Virus record (IMG/VR): IMGVR_UViG_3300020047_005740
Coordinates: 777 to 64,776 of that record
Source: a virus
Lineage: Duplodnaviria > Caudoviricetes
DNA length: 64,000 bases
Direction: 5' to 3' (one strand)
Shown: piece by piece, positions 44,323-53,567 of the stretch
Layout of the letters: every line of letters begins with the position of its first letter
Position numbering within the stretch: position 1 is the first letter of the stretch
Position numbers and translations under genes: made by a program
Notes under the pieces: model-generated
Databases searched by the model: none
What the model saw: only the letters and a program-made list of their open reading frames with translations
What the model was told of the DNA's origin: nothing

Positions 44323-46647
44323 CTAGGTAACGTCTCCGAGGTACACGAAGATGGATGGTTTAGCCCTAGAGCCTATACCCCTGGTTTCTTTACGTAGAAC
44401 AATTTTATCTAGTTTCACCAGTTCAGACAGGCAGCTTTCGAACTCGATCATGTTCTTGAACTTCTTTCTAACACTGGAATAGATGTCCAGGCGAGGTACA
44501 CCAGGACCATTGTCCTTAGTAAGCCTTGTGAGTGTTTTGAGTACCACATCTTGTTGGGTGATATTGAGCGAACCTCTGTCCCTGGTAATAAGACCTAGGT
44601 TCTCCATTCCGGCGTGTAATCGGGACCGGACGAATGTTTCTGCGTATTGGAGTGTCTCCAGGTTGATTAGGTCACCAGGGGAGAGGGTTGCAGCGACACG
44701 CTCGATGTTTTCGGCCACTCTGGTGTAAATAGGAGATATATCCGAGTCGTCTGACTTCTTGTTAAGGGCTACATCGACTGCTAGGCGTCTGAATTCGTTA
44801 ACAATAGCTTCGAAATGAGCGGCAGCGTCTGGAGTGTAATGCATATGGATGCGTGAAGGGGATTGGAGAGATGGAACAGGTTCTCCAGTGTCAGAGAGTT
44901 CTGGTGGGTGGATAGTCTGGAAGAATGGGGACTTAACTGTAAACTCCTTATCACAGTGTGGGTTCTTCTCTATGTACCGGATATCAGAGACTATAGGTAG
45001 GAAACGTGAGAAAAGACCTTCCTTGATAGAGTCTAGGGTAAATACAGAGTAGAAAACGGATGGGACAGTGTAACCGCAAATAGCCATTGCTGGGCGGTCG
45101 ATTACGGGTGCAGGGTCGTTTGACTTCTTCTTAGAATAGTCAGAGGTCTTCCCAAGTGTATGACCCCTACGTGTGGCAGCGTCAGAGAGCTGTAGAATCT
45201 GCCGTTTGATACCCTGGAGATGCACCTCGTCAGATGAAAGCATGGCATGAAGGATGTTCCCGATCTCGTCTACAAGGAACAGGCCGTTACCGTTGTTGGA
45301 CTTCAGGTGTTCTAATAAGCCTCGGTCGGATCGGATCTCGTTCTCAATAAGAGGCTTAAGGTTATATTCAGCAAGAGTGTTCTGGAGCATGGTCATCGGT
45401 GATGACTTTCCATAACCAGATATAGCCACATTAATAATGTATAGGGCTGGAGCTGATTTGTTAGGGGTAAGATAAGAGATGGATTTGACCGCGCTGACGC
45501 CTGCGAGGAAAGTGCCGAACGCAAGTGAAGCACAGGGGAACATTGAATTATCCATCACAGATTTAACAATGTGACCAAACCCATTAGGTGCTGACGTGTA
45601 GAACTCGTCAGGTAATACCCATGGTGATGGAGCAGGTTCATCAATGTTCTGGGGAGGTGGCGGGGTGTTCTCCGCAGCTACCTTGGCTAGGGCTGTAGTA
45701 AATATAGAGAGTGATTTAGGTGTTAGAGCATTGTTGTCGACATACTCATTGTCAGTGTGTGTAGTATCTAATAGTACCATCGAACGATAAGCATTGAGCT
45801 TATCTTGGTCAGAGATAGGGAGATTAGCCAGGTGCATCGCATACGACACGTAGGCAGTGTTTCGGTTCCCTGAGGTTACTGACTCTGGAATGGTATAGGT
45901 GTGTTGTAGCGGTCGATTGCGGGTGAAAGAGGAAGCGTTAAGTGACAGGTAGAGCTGTGAGATATCATAGGCCGGTAGATGGGTGTTGTCGGATATGAGT
46001 GTCACCAGTGTCTTATGCTTAATATGGAAAAACCCTGGGACACGCAGGAGTTTCGCCGGATCATTCATCGAAAAGTCAGTACCGAGATCCTTGGATATAT
46101 CAGGGTCACCAAGATGAGATAGAACATCTTGTAATGTTTTCCAGCGCGGGTCGGTCTTCTCGATAGGGTCAATAAAGAAATAGAGATGGAAACGACCAGG
46201 CGATGATTCGATTTTTATATGCGGAGTCAGGTCAACAGATGATAAATAGGACTCAACAGTAGTAATGGGGCAGGTGTCAGTATCGATAAAGAGTTTGGAA
46301 AGAGTAGTGATGGCAGCGAAATTCCGCACTGTCTTACCAGTACCCGTGGTGACGCCGTCACCCTCATTTACCATGTGATATATGTCGTAGCCTTTACGAT
46401 TATATTCGAGTGCGTCAGAGATAGCAGTGTTGATGTCGGTCGATTTGTAGGGTCTTACGACTACATGGTTACCTGACTGGTAATGGAAGGTGAATGTATC
46501 GTAGGCAAAGGTGTTGAACAGGAATGTGACACCCTCGGTCGCGGCGTCAAGCGGACTTTTTGAGCTTACGCTTGAGCTTTCGCTTACAGAGGTTAAGAAG
46601 TCGATCAGGGTGGAATCGGATCGTGGGTTCGTCCCCATATAACTCAC
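44323..46647 (-). CDS. Primase-helicase: RepB-like AEP primase, PriCT-like linker, DUF3987-like P-loop helicase
   Basis: LFIDTD, ESSPGRFHLYF and DPAKLLRVPGF primase motifs; SGNRN; SGYGKS Walker A; LVDEIG Walker B. Confidence 0.85.
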   Translation of the reverse strand: MSYMGTNPRSDSTLIDFLTSVSESSSVSSKSPLDAATEGVTFLFNTFAYDTFTFHYQSGNHVVVRPYKSTDINTAISDALEYNRKGYDIYHMVNEGDGVTTGTGKTVRNFAAITTLSKLFIDTDTCPITTVESYLSSVDLTPHIKIESSPGRFHLYFFIDPIEKTDPRWKTLQDVLSHLGDPDISKDLGTDFSMNDPAKLLRVPGFFHIKHKTLVTLISDNTHLPAYDISQLYLSLNASSFTRNRPLQHTYTIPESVTSGNRNTAYVSYAMHLANLPISDQDKLNAYRSMVLLDTTHTDNEYVDNNALTPKSLSIFTTALAKVAAENTPPPPQNIDEPAPSPWVLPDEFYTSAPNGFGHIVKSVMDNSMFPCASLAFGTFLAGVSAVKSISYLTPNKSAPALYIINVAISGYGKSSPMTMLQNTLAEYNLKPLIENEIRSDRGLLEHLKSNNGNGLFLVDEIGNILHAMLSSDEVHLQGIKRQILQLSDAATRRGHTLGKTSDYSKKKSNDPAPVIDRPAMAICGYTVPSVFYSVFTLDSIKEGLFSRFLPIVSDIRYIEKNPHCDKEFTVKSPFFQTIHPPELSDTGEPVPSLQSPSRIHMHYTPDAAAHFEAIVNEFRRLAVDVALNKKSDDSDISPIYTRVAENIERVAATLSPGDLINLETLQYAETFVRSRLHAGMENLGLITRDRGSLNITQQDVVLKTLTRLTKDNGPGVPRLDIYSSVRKKFKNMIEFESCLSELVKLDKIVLRKETRGIGSRAKPSIFVYLGDVT

Positions 46648-46837
46648 CAGTAAATATAATAGAATCCAGGTCTTTTAGGTGGAGAAGAATATCAGGCAAG
46701 TCACGCGCAATGAACAACACTTGTGCGTAGGTCAACCATTCTTTCCACTTAATACATCGTACGGATAATTTAACGCAGTACTTTTCACTCTCCTCATTGT
46801 CAAACCACCCAATGGGAGTAGATGTTTTAAGATGCAT
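46547..46837 (-). CDS. Hypothetical protein
   Basis: 96-aa ORF overlapping the primase start by about 100 nt. Confidence 0.4.
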   Translation of the reverse strand: MHLKTSTPIGWFDNEESEKYCVKLSVRCIKWKEWLTYAQVLFIARDLPDILLHLKDLDSIIFTGELYGDEPTIRFHPDRLLNLCKRKLKRKLKKSA

Positions 46838-46970
46838 CTTTCAATCTGTCTTCAATAAGATTTCTTATATAAGAAGAAAGAGAGCGTCGTTCGGAGCGAG
46901 CGCGGTCACGCAGGAGCTTAATAACTTTCGGTGGGAGTCGTAGGGCAATTAATTTCATATTACTTTTCAT
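46827..46970 (-). CDS. Ribbon-helix-helix (Arc/CopG-like) regulator
   Basis: MKLIALRLPPKVIKLLRDRARSERRSLSSYIRNLIE fits the RHH pattern. Confidence 0.75.
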   Translation of the reverse strand: MKSNMKLIALRLPPKVIKLLRDRARSERRSLSSYIRNLIEDRLKDAS

Positions 46971-47235
46971 TTTTATCCAATATAAAAAGATATAGAGCGT
47001 GTAATGACTCAGGGTGAATGTAGTATTTGTCCTCGTATGCAATGTATATAAACCCAACACTTCTTGGGCGACGTATATATTCTGTAATTGTAGACGAGTC
47101 GCTTATTAACAGCGATGGTGCAGGTATCCACGCTTCAAATGGAAAATAGTTCATTCTCTCTATCTCACACATACGCCGTGCAACATCTTCAAACTCATCT
47201 AAATGATTTATTCCTTGCCCAAATAATACCGCCAT
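46960..47235 (-). CDS. Hypothetical protein
   Basis: 91-aa ORF upstream of the RHH gene. Confidence 0.45.
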   Translation of the reverse strand: MAVLFGQGINHLDEFEDVARRMCEIERMNYFPFEAWIPAPSLLISDSSTITEYIRRPRSVGFIYIAYEDKYYIHPESLHALYLFILDKNEK

Positions 47236-47331
47236 TGTTAACTCTTTCCTTGCATCTTATTTTTCATTGTGTTAATCCTATGTATAACAGCGTGAACGCT
47301 AGTATACACATTAAGATAATTGGAAAGCAAT

Positions 47332-48606
47332 ATGAGATTCGCATTATTCGACTATCAGAAGGAAGGGGTTAAATGGCTGGTCAGTGGGAAAAGGCGATTG
47401 CTCGCTGACGGAATGGGATTAGGTAAGTCTTGCCAGACGTTAGAGGCGATCCGAGTGTTAAGGAGTACTCAGGAGAGTGCGCTTAATGTACTCATTGTCT
47501 GCCCCGCAGCACTGGTGCCTATGTGGGTGGAGATGTGCAGAGGCTGGTTTGATAATGCCGAGGTTCATGAACTCGCTAAGAGCAAGAGAATAGAATTCAG
47601 TAAGGATATAAGGATAGGGGTAGTGAGCTATCATTATATGCAGAAGCATGTCGACCGACTCATCAAGGTTCGGTGGGATGTGGTGGTGCTCGATGAGGCC
47701 CACGCAATTAAATCATTGCGTTCAAAGACATGCAAATCATTTAGAATATTAGCCGAGATTCACCAAGGGCACCTCTGGATGCTCACCGGAACCCCCGCAA
47801 CAAGAAGCGGCCAGGATTATTATATATATTTGAAGGTCCTGATGGGTCTTGATATGGGCTACCGCGAATTCAGCGATGCTTACTGTATCCGCGAGTGGAA
47901 CCCGTGGCGAGGAGGATTCGATTATAAGGGTGTGAAGGATGGGAAGCGAGCAGAGCTTCGTAAGCTGTTCGCTGGAATCATGCTACGACGCAGGAAAGAA
48001 GAAGTATTGAAAGAGCTTCCACCTAAGCTAATCAGTGAGGTGCCATGTGAGGTAGACGCCGCAATCGTTGCGGAATGCGCCCAGGTGGGAGAGGAAACAG
48101 TGAGAACTTGCCTAGCTGAAGGTGTCGGAATACCCGCGCACATTATGAAAGTGATACGAAGTGTCGGCATGGGGAAAGTGGCTGCAGCGGTTGAGATAAT
48201 AGAGAACACTGATGAACCGATTGTTGTGATGGCAATACATAAGGATGTGGTGGCAGCGATATGTGAGAAAGTCGGTGGCGTGAGAGTCACAGGAGATGAG
48301 ACTGCAGAGCAAAAGAATCAGGCAGTAGCAGATTTCCAGAGTGGGAAAGAAAGGATAATCGTATGTAACGTCTCGGCAGGGGGAGTAGGTATTACCTTGA
48401 CAGCGGCAACACAGATGCTATTTGTCGAACTCCCCTGGTCACCGGCTGTCATGCGACAGGCTGAAGACAGGATACACAGAATAGGTGCAAAGGGGTGTAG
48501 TAATATAATCAGGCTTATTGCAAATAATACTGTTGACAAGCAAATCCTTGACGTGTTAGCGTACAAGGAAAGATTTATGACATCTGTTATGGGGGATATG
48601 AAATGA
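47332..48606 (+). CDS. SNF2-family (HARP/SWI2-like) helicase
   Basis: LLADGMGLGKS, VLDEAH, LTGTP, GVGITLTAA and QAEDRIHRIG motifs. Confidence 0.9.
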   Translation: MRFALFDYQKEGVKWLVSGKRRLLADGMGLGKSCQTLEAIRVLRSTQESALNVLIVCPAALVPMWVEMCRGWFDNAEVHELAKSKRIEFSKDIRIGVVSYHYMQKHVDRLIKVRWDVVVLDEAHAIKSLRSKTCKSFRILAEIHQGHLWMLTGTPATRSGQDYYIYLKVLMGLDMGYREFSDAYCIREWNPWRGGFDYKGVKDGKRAELRKLFAGIMLRRRKEEVLKELPPKLISEVPCEVDAAIVAECAQVGEETVRTCLAEGVGIPAHIMKVIRSVGMGKVAAAVEIIENTDEPIVVMAIHKDVVAAICEKVGGVRVTGDETAEQKNQAVADFQSGKERIIVCNVSAGGVGITLTAATQMLFVELPWSPAVMRQAEDRIHRIGAKGCSNIIRLIANNTVDKQILDVLAYKERFMTSVMGDMK

Positions 48607-48893
48607 GTGCGATTGTAAGACTTGATGATGATACTGAAGTATTTCTTAAAGACAGCCTGGATGTGAGATGGAAAGATGAGTCTGGAGTGATGTGGAAAGT
48701 ATCGGTTGGAGAGATGCTTTCATTCTGGATGTATGGCGTATCAAACGGTGCTGAGATTGAGGAAGGCCGGAGACGTGAGTACATCAGGCTCGTGGATAAG
48801 ACATGCGGCATGGCGAGATACGACGAAGAATTCGGTGAGTTGAGAGTAAAAGAATCACTGGCCGATGTACTGGATAACTTTGCACATAAATAG
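48603..48893 (+). CDS. Hypothetical protein
   Basis: Coupled ORF. Confidence 0.6.
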   Translation: MSAIVRLDDDTEVFLKDSLDVRWKDESGVMWKVSVGEMLSFWMYGVSNGAEIEEGRRREYIRLVDKTCGMARYDEEFGELRVKESLADVLDNFAHK

Positions 48894-48903
48894 AGGAAAC
48901 ATT

Positions 48904-49278
48904 ATGAACGATTATGACGTAAACATGGAACTGGCAGTAGAGAGTGTAAAAGAAGGCGAGACCATTACATCAGCCGCTACGAAGTTCGGCGTAGGGTACT
49001 GGGTACTTCGCAACAAATGCCTGAAGCAAGCCTGGTATACAGACAGAAAGAAAAACAGGAGCACACCGAGTAACACAGTGAAGCGTAGGAGGCAGGCACG
49101 TAAGATGTTCCGCGATGGTGTCGATAGGAAGACAATCGCAGGGAAGCTAGACGTGCATGAGCGTACTATATACAGCTACGTTGAAGACATTAAGAAGAGG
49201 AAGACGGCGCTCACTTGTGTTCCTCCAGCACCTAAGCGGTCGTTCCTATCTAGGATGTTCGGTTGGATGTGGAGGTAG
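48904..49278 (+). CDS. Helix-turn-helix DNA-binding protein
   Basis: Two HTH-like segments: ITSAATKFGVGYWVL and RKTIAGKLDVHERTIYSY. Confidence 0.7.
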   Translation: MNDYDVNMELAVESVKEGETITSAATKFGVGYWVLRNKCLKQAWYTDRKKNRSTPSNTVKRRRQARKMFRDGVDRKTIAGKLDVHERTIYSYVEDIKKRKTALTCVPPAPKRSFLSRMFGWMWR

Positions 49279-49280
49279 TC

Positions 49281-49484
49281 ATGTATAAAAACCCATTACC
49301 GTGCCCATTCTGTAACGAGTTCCGAGAGCTGTTACACACAGGCAAGTACATCAAATGCACCCGATGCGGCGCATGTGGCCCAACAGGGGATGAACTCATG
49401 GCAGTTGGCCTCTGGAATAGAGCAAAGCGTGATAAATACGCAACGAAGACAATCAAGGAGGAAGCATATGAAAATATGGATTGA
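49281..49484 (+). CDS. Lar-like restriction-alleviation / Zn-ribbon protein
   Basis: PCPFC...IKCTRCGACGP...AVGLWNR pattern. Confidence 0.6.
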   Translation: MYKNPLPCPFCNEFRELLHTGKYIKCTRCGACGPTGDELMAVGLWNRAKRDKYATKTIKEEAYENMD

Positions 49485-50214
49485 TACTGATATACATGCG
49501 AGCGAACCTGATGACACGCAATCATTCATACACGCTGTCATGGCTCACTTGACCCGTAGGGTCGACATCCGAGGAATTACAATCGGGTGTCCTCGTGGAG
49601 ACGTGAAACATATACGACGAGTCTTGCGCGCGTTCGAGATGGACGGGTTCGATGTGAGCGACCTTCAAACAAGGGTTCACCAGGGATTAGTGAAACCAAA
49701 CTACACTGCTCTCACTGGTAACATGGCGCGTAATGCGCTCGCTGCAGAGCTGGATGCGAACGAAGATACCTGTGTACTGCTCTGGGGGGCTGCTACTAAC
49801 ATGGCGAGCTACATGCAGAAAGCGAAAAGGTTGAGGTTCCCTCGCTGTCACGCCATCGGTTCGTGGAACAGAGAGCAGGATGAGAGCGCATACAATTATG
49901 TTCGGTCAGCATATAGAGTGCAGGGCAAACTATTCATTGACAACGAGAAAGACTTTCGTAATATCTATCTTGGGTGGGATGTTGAGAAGAACAAGGCTTG
50001 GGTAGAGAAGCACATAAGACCACTGCGACGGGTCGGCCAGTTGTTCTGGGATGTGAGTAGAGGAGTCAACGTGTGTCAGCACTGCATCAAGATGGGAGAC
50101 ACTCCGACTGTGCAGTGGGCGATGGAGGGTGCTCCTGATAAGTGGAAGACGAACAGGGTTCGGATACTCAAGGACTGGTTACAGATGATTGAGCAATTAT
50201 ATGGGGTGGCGTAA
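49468..50214 (+). CDS. Nucleoside hydrolase-like protein (IUNH/DUF1593-like)
   Basis: N-terminal IWIDTDI...EPDDTQSFIH, IRGIT, LLWGAATNMA; AGGAGG RBS. Confidence 0.65.
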   Translation: MKIWIDTDIHASEPDDTQSFIHAVMAHLTRRVDIRGITIGCPRGDVKHIRRVLRAFEMDGFDVSDLQTRVHQGLVKPNYTALTGNMARNALAAELDANEDTCVLLWGAATNMASYMQKAKRLRFPRCHAIGSWNREQDESAYNYVRSAYRVQGKLFIDNEKDFRNIYLGWDVEKNKAWVEKHIRPLRRVGQLFWDVSRGVNVCQHCIKMGDTPTVQWAMEGAPDKWKTNRVRILKDWLQMIEQLYGVA

Positions 50215-50597
50215 TGGGTACAGATATTCGGTTCTTTATCGAGAGGAAGCTACGGGACACAAATCACTGGACTACCGTAGTGGAGTTCATGGGATTCGGT
50301 CGTGACAGGACATTGTTCAGTCTGCTTGGAGAAGGAAGTGTGTCAGGAGAGGACGCTGTATATTCTCCGCGAGGTATTCCGACTGACAATACATATTCTT
50401 TATTAGCAGGCGGTTATTACAATCCGTCGTGGCTCACGTACGATGAGTTCAAGAACATTGGCTACGTGTATAGAAAGGTTAACCCAGAGGTTTACGCAGA
50501 GTTTGCCTGGAGAGGACTCCGCGATGTCGAAGAGATTATGAAGGTACTCATGGTGGGTGACCATGAGGTGAGATGTGTGTATGGGTTTAATTGTTGA
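50214..50597 (+). CDS. Conserved phage hypothetical protein
   Basis: MGTDI...SWLTYDE...VRCVYGF pattern. Confidence 0.65.
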   Translation: MGTDIRFFIERKLRDTNHWTTVVEFMGFGRDRTLFSLLGEGSVSGEDAVYSPRGIPTDNTYSLLAGGYYNPSWLTYDEFKNIGYVYRKVNPEVYAEFAWRGLRDVEEIMKVLMVGDHEVRCVYGFNC

Positions 50598-50850
50598 GGC
50601 CATTATGTGGGGTAATGTATGCGGTGTAGGACCGAGTAAAGATCTTATTAAAGACCATATTTTTGATTGGGTACCGAATAAGAAAATTATGTTGTGTAGT
50701 AAGTGCGGATTTACGTGGAACGGAAAAAGCAGGTGGTTTGGTGGAGAAAGTAAAATTTACGGTTGTATGTTTTTGTCTAGTTCGTATGGGTATCTGGGAC
50801 CGCGGAAAAATATTTTTCCTACCCGGTTGGTAAGTAGTACCTGGAAATAG
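50575..50850 (+). CDS. Hypothetical protein
   Basis: ORF with H...CSKC; start uncertain. Confidence 0.45.
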   Translation: MCMGLIVEAIMWGNVCGVGPSKDLIKDHIFDWVPNKKIMLCSKCGFTWNGKSRWFGGESKIYGCMFLSSSYGYLGPRKNIFPTRLVSSTWK

Positions 50851-50866
50851 TTATTGTTGAGGATAT

Positions 50867-51136
50867 GTGGAAGCAAAATATAAGGTCGGTCAGACAGTTT
50901 GGTTTGTAGATAAGTATCTAAGATTTATTCAGGAAATTACTATTAATAGTATTAATATAACTGCAAAAGGCGTTTCTTATACTTGGAAAGGTTCTAAGAG
51001 TGCCGCATCTACCTGTTGTGAACTTGTCGGGTCTAAAGAAGAGGCAATTACTGTCCTGCGCGACTGTGTAAAAAAACAGCACGAGAGACTCAACCTTGAT
51101 TTGTTAAAAGAGATAAAGAGACTGAGCGATGAATAA
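50867..51136 (+). CDS. Hypothetical protein
   Basis: KYKVGQTVWF SH3-like start. Confidence 0.6.
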   Translation: MEAKYKVGQTVWFVDKYLRFIQEITINSINITAKGVSYTWKGSKSAASTCCELVGSKEEAITVLRDCVKKQHERLNLDLLKEIKRLSDE

Positions 51137-51359
51137 CTGTATGGAAGAAATAACTGATAGAGATATAAAAATAATGCTTATGACCGTCGTGGATACGTTA
51201 AGGGCATACGATATACAGGTGGACTACCGGAGTATTATTGACTGTGTAATGAGCATAGTGCTTACAGCCGACAAGATTAAAGTTGTTCCAGATGAAGCAG
51301 TAACACAGTTAAGAGACTTGGTGAGTGCATTTGAAGAACACAGAAGGAGTGTGCAATGA
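51129..51359 (+). CDS. Hypothetical protein
   Basis: Coupled ORF. Confidence 0.55.
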   Translation: MNNCMEEITDRDIKIMLMTVVDTLRAYDIQVDYRSIIDCVMSIVLTADKIKVVPDEAVTQLRDLVSAFEEHRRSVQ

Positions 51360-51685
51360 GAAAAACAGAGCATGGTGCGGTGAAGGTATTATTTGGTGAA
51401 TTTGTCAGGTATGACAATAATTCTATGTCACTTTCTAATCTGGACATAAAACTAAATATAGACTCAGTGAAAGCAGTTTATTCTCCACGGTTAATGCCTG
51501 ATGTATGGCATGAGTATGAGTGTACCCATACAGGAGAAACTTTTAGAGAGTGGTTTCAGCATGAGATACTGAACAACAGATACATAGTATTAAGGCAGGT
51601 GTACAAGCGGGGAAAGGAGTCCATAAAAGGTGTTGAGTTCGATATGGATGGAAAGAAATACAGGATTACAGAGGTGCAGGGATGA
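51356..51685 (+). CDS. Paralog family member 1 (GKKY.xTEV C-terminus)
   Basis: Ends DGKKYRITEVQG. Confidence 0.6.
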   Translation: MRKTEHGAVKVLFGEFVRYDNNSMSLSNLDIKLNIDSVKAVYSPRLMPDVWHEYECTHTGETFREWFQHEILNNRYIVLRQVYKRGKESIKGVEFDMDGKKYRITEVQG

Positions 51686-52017
51686 AAGAATACGTCAGAG
51701 TTAAGAAGGGTGAGATAGGGAAAAACAATGCAGGTACGATTTTCACAGGGGATCTTATACTTGGTGAAGAAGAGATACAGTCTGTATACAGATCTGTTAA
51801 ATCTGTCTTTGCAGACATGTTTACGGGTGAGAAGGGTTTACCAAATCCTGATTATATACACGCCTACACCTATAAAAAGTGGTTAGATGAAGAGATAAAA
51901 TCCGGTCGTCTCCTTCTATTCTATCAGAGCTGGGTCAGAAAAGAGAAAGCAACCTGCGAAGGTAAGATAGTAGAAATCGAGGGCAAGAAATATCAGCTTA
52001 CAGAGGTGAAGTCGTGA
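51682..52017 (+). CDS. Paralog family member 2
   Basis: Ends EGKKYQLTEVKS. Confidence 0.6.
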   Translation: MKEYVRVKKGEIGKNNAGTIFTGDLILGEEEIQSVYRSVKSVFADMFTGEKGLPNPDYIHAYTYKKWLDEEIKSGRLLLFYQSWVRKEKATCEGKIVEIEGKKYQLTEVKS

Positions 52018-52283
52018 ACATTATTTACGCCATGCAATACCCTGACGGCTCGATTGATGATTCGATTCTGTATAAAGAAGAAGACTTAGACTATTCAATA
52101 GACAAACCATATAAGGATCAGGCGATGCATTCTCGTATGCGACTCATGTTTCATAGAGAGTTTGGTGAGGGGTTTCGACCTGACAGGGAGCTACATAAAG
52201 CCGCAATGAAAGAGATAGAGAAGCGGTATGTGAACTGTAAAATGGTGCGCGTCAAGATTGTGTTGGATGAGGTGCAGGGATGA
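52014..52283 (+). CDS. Hypothetical protein
   Basis: Ends LDEVQG; coupled. Confidence 0.55.
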   Translation: MNIIYAMQYPDGSIDDSILYKEEDLDYSIDKPYKDQAMHSRMRLMFHREFGEGFRPDRELHKAAMKEIEKRYVNCKMVRVKIVLDEVQG

Positions 52284-52645
52284 GCGACGAAAGTATAAAT
52301 GTGAAGTACGGGGATTTGGTAGTTTTTCGCGATGGAAATGAGCTTTTAGCCCATGGAGATTATTCGCTTATCAACGTAGCTGCGGTCTACGAACCATCGG
52401 ACATGACCTCTGAGAGTGATTTGTTTCGCAGATGGGAAATGGAAACAGGTAGGGTTTTGGATTTTAGCACTTGGCTTAGGTGGCAAGTCGCTGATAAGCG
52501 CGTGAAGATATTCGACCAAAAATACCAAGCAGCGTCATCGCTCGGAGAAGAAGTAATTAACATTGGCAGGAAAAAGGATATATCTGACACTTCAATCATC
52601 ATGTTAGGTGGAAAGAAATACGAGCTGACTGAGGTAGAGGAATGA
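52280..52645 (+). CDS. Paralog family member 3
   Basis: Ends GGKKYELTEVEE. Confidence 0.6.
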   Translation: MSDESINVKYGDLVVFRDGNELLAHGDYSLINVAAVYEPSDMTSESDLFRRWEMETGRVLDFSTWLRWQVADKRVKIFDQKYQAASSLGEEVINIGRKKDISDTSIIMLGGKKYELTEVEE

Positions 52646-52818
52646 ACGATAACAACAGTATCGGTGGACTGATAATAGGGGCCGTCTTCCTCATTACGAT
52701 GTTGCTCCTTGTGAGCGCGGGGGTTTCGGCTTGCGCTACGCATCGGTGGCCGGAGATTGGGGAGGGTGTGAGGGTGGAGAAGGTAACGATTAGGGAATGT
52801 AAGCAGGGGGAGTGCTGA
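52642..52818 (+). CDS. Small membrane protein / lipoprotein candidate
   Basis: Own translation MNDNNSIGGLIIGAVFLITMLLLVSAGVSAC...; 58 aa. Confidence 0.5.
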   Translation: MNDNNSIGGLIIGAVFLITMLLLVSAGVSACATHRWPEIGEGVRVEKVTIRECKQGEC

Positions 52819-52819
52819 G

Positions 52820-53110
52820 ATGCAATTTGCATTGAGCGTATTACGAGTAAATCAGGGCAAGGACGATATTCCAGACAAACTAAAGAAAGAGCTACGAGAT
52901 AACGCCGTTTATGTTCGTAGGTATTCTGTGTGGTTGTTTGAAGGAGACTGGGAAACGACCTTAGATCCATGGGTGGAGAGTCAGAATATCAGGAGCGTTG
53001 GGGAGATTATAACCGGAAGCCTTGGTGGACTTTCTGATAGAGCCCTAGAAAAAATCGTGGAAGACGAGATTGACATTGATGAGATGAAGCAGCAGGAGGG
53101 CGGGAAGTGA
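52820..53110 (+). CDS. Hypothetical protein
   Basis: ORF track. Confidence 0.55.
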   Translation: MQFALSVLRVNQGKDDIPDKLKKELRDNAVYVRRYSVWLFEGDWETTLDPWVESQNIRSVGEIITGSLGGLSDRALEKIVEDEIDIDEMKQQEGGK

Positions 53111-53292
53111 AAAGGGAAGATGCAGACATCTTACGAATTCAGGCACATGAAATTATACGTACTCTATGGGCTAACAAAGAACTAGAGATACTCGAATTAC
53201 TTTCACAGCAGATAGATACAAGTATAGAGGATATTTACGCAACCCGTAGAAAGAACAATGCACGTAGGAGATTAAAGGAGGGCGGGAAGTGA
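53107..53292 (+). CDS. Hypothetical protein
   Basis: Coupled ORF. Confidence 0.55.
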   Translation: MKREDADILRIQAHEIIRTLWANKELEILELLSQQIDTSIEDIYATRRKNNARRRLKEGGK

Positions 53293-53567
53293 ACTTTGAA
53301 CTTTGCGATTGTTGTCAGAAGAAGTTTTACGGCGCGGATTTGGAGAAAGCAGAACTAATAAACGCATTAAAGATGATGGTCGAGTACTTTGAAACCGAAC
53401 TTGGCTGGGCACATTTTCGGGCAGAGTTTATGACTCGTGGAGATGTTGAGTATGAGAAATCATCTCTTAGGAATGCCGCAATAATCACAAAGGCGCTTGA
53501 ATCATTCAAATCGTCTTGGCCTGAGATTGCGGCATATTTAGATAAAGTTAAGCCGATAACGTTATGA
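53289..53567 (+). CDS. Hypothetical protein
   Basis: Coupled ORF. Confidence 0.55.
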   Translation: MNFELCDCCQKKFYGADLEKAELINALKMMVEYFETELGWAHFRAEFMTRGDVEYEKSSLRNAAIITKALESFKSSWPEIAAYLDKVKPITL

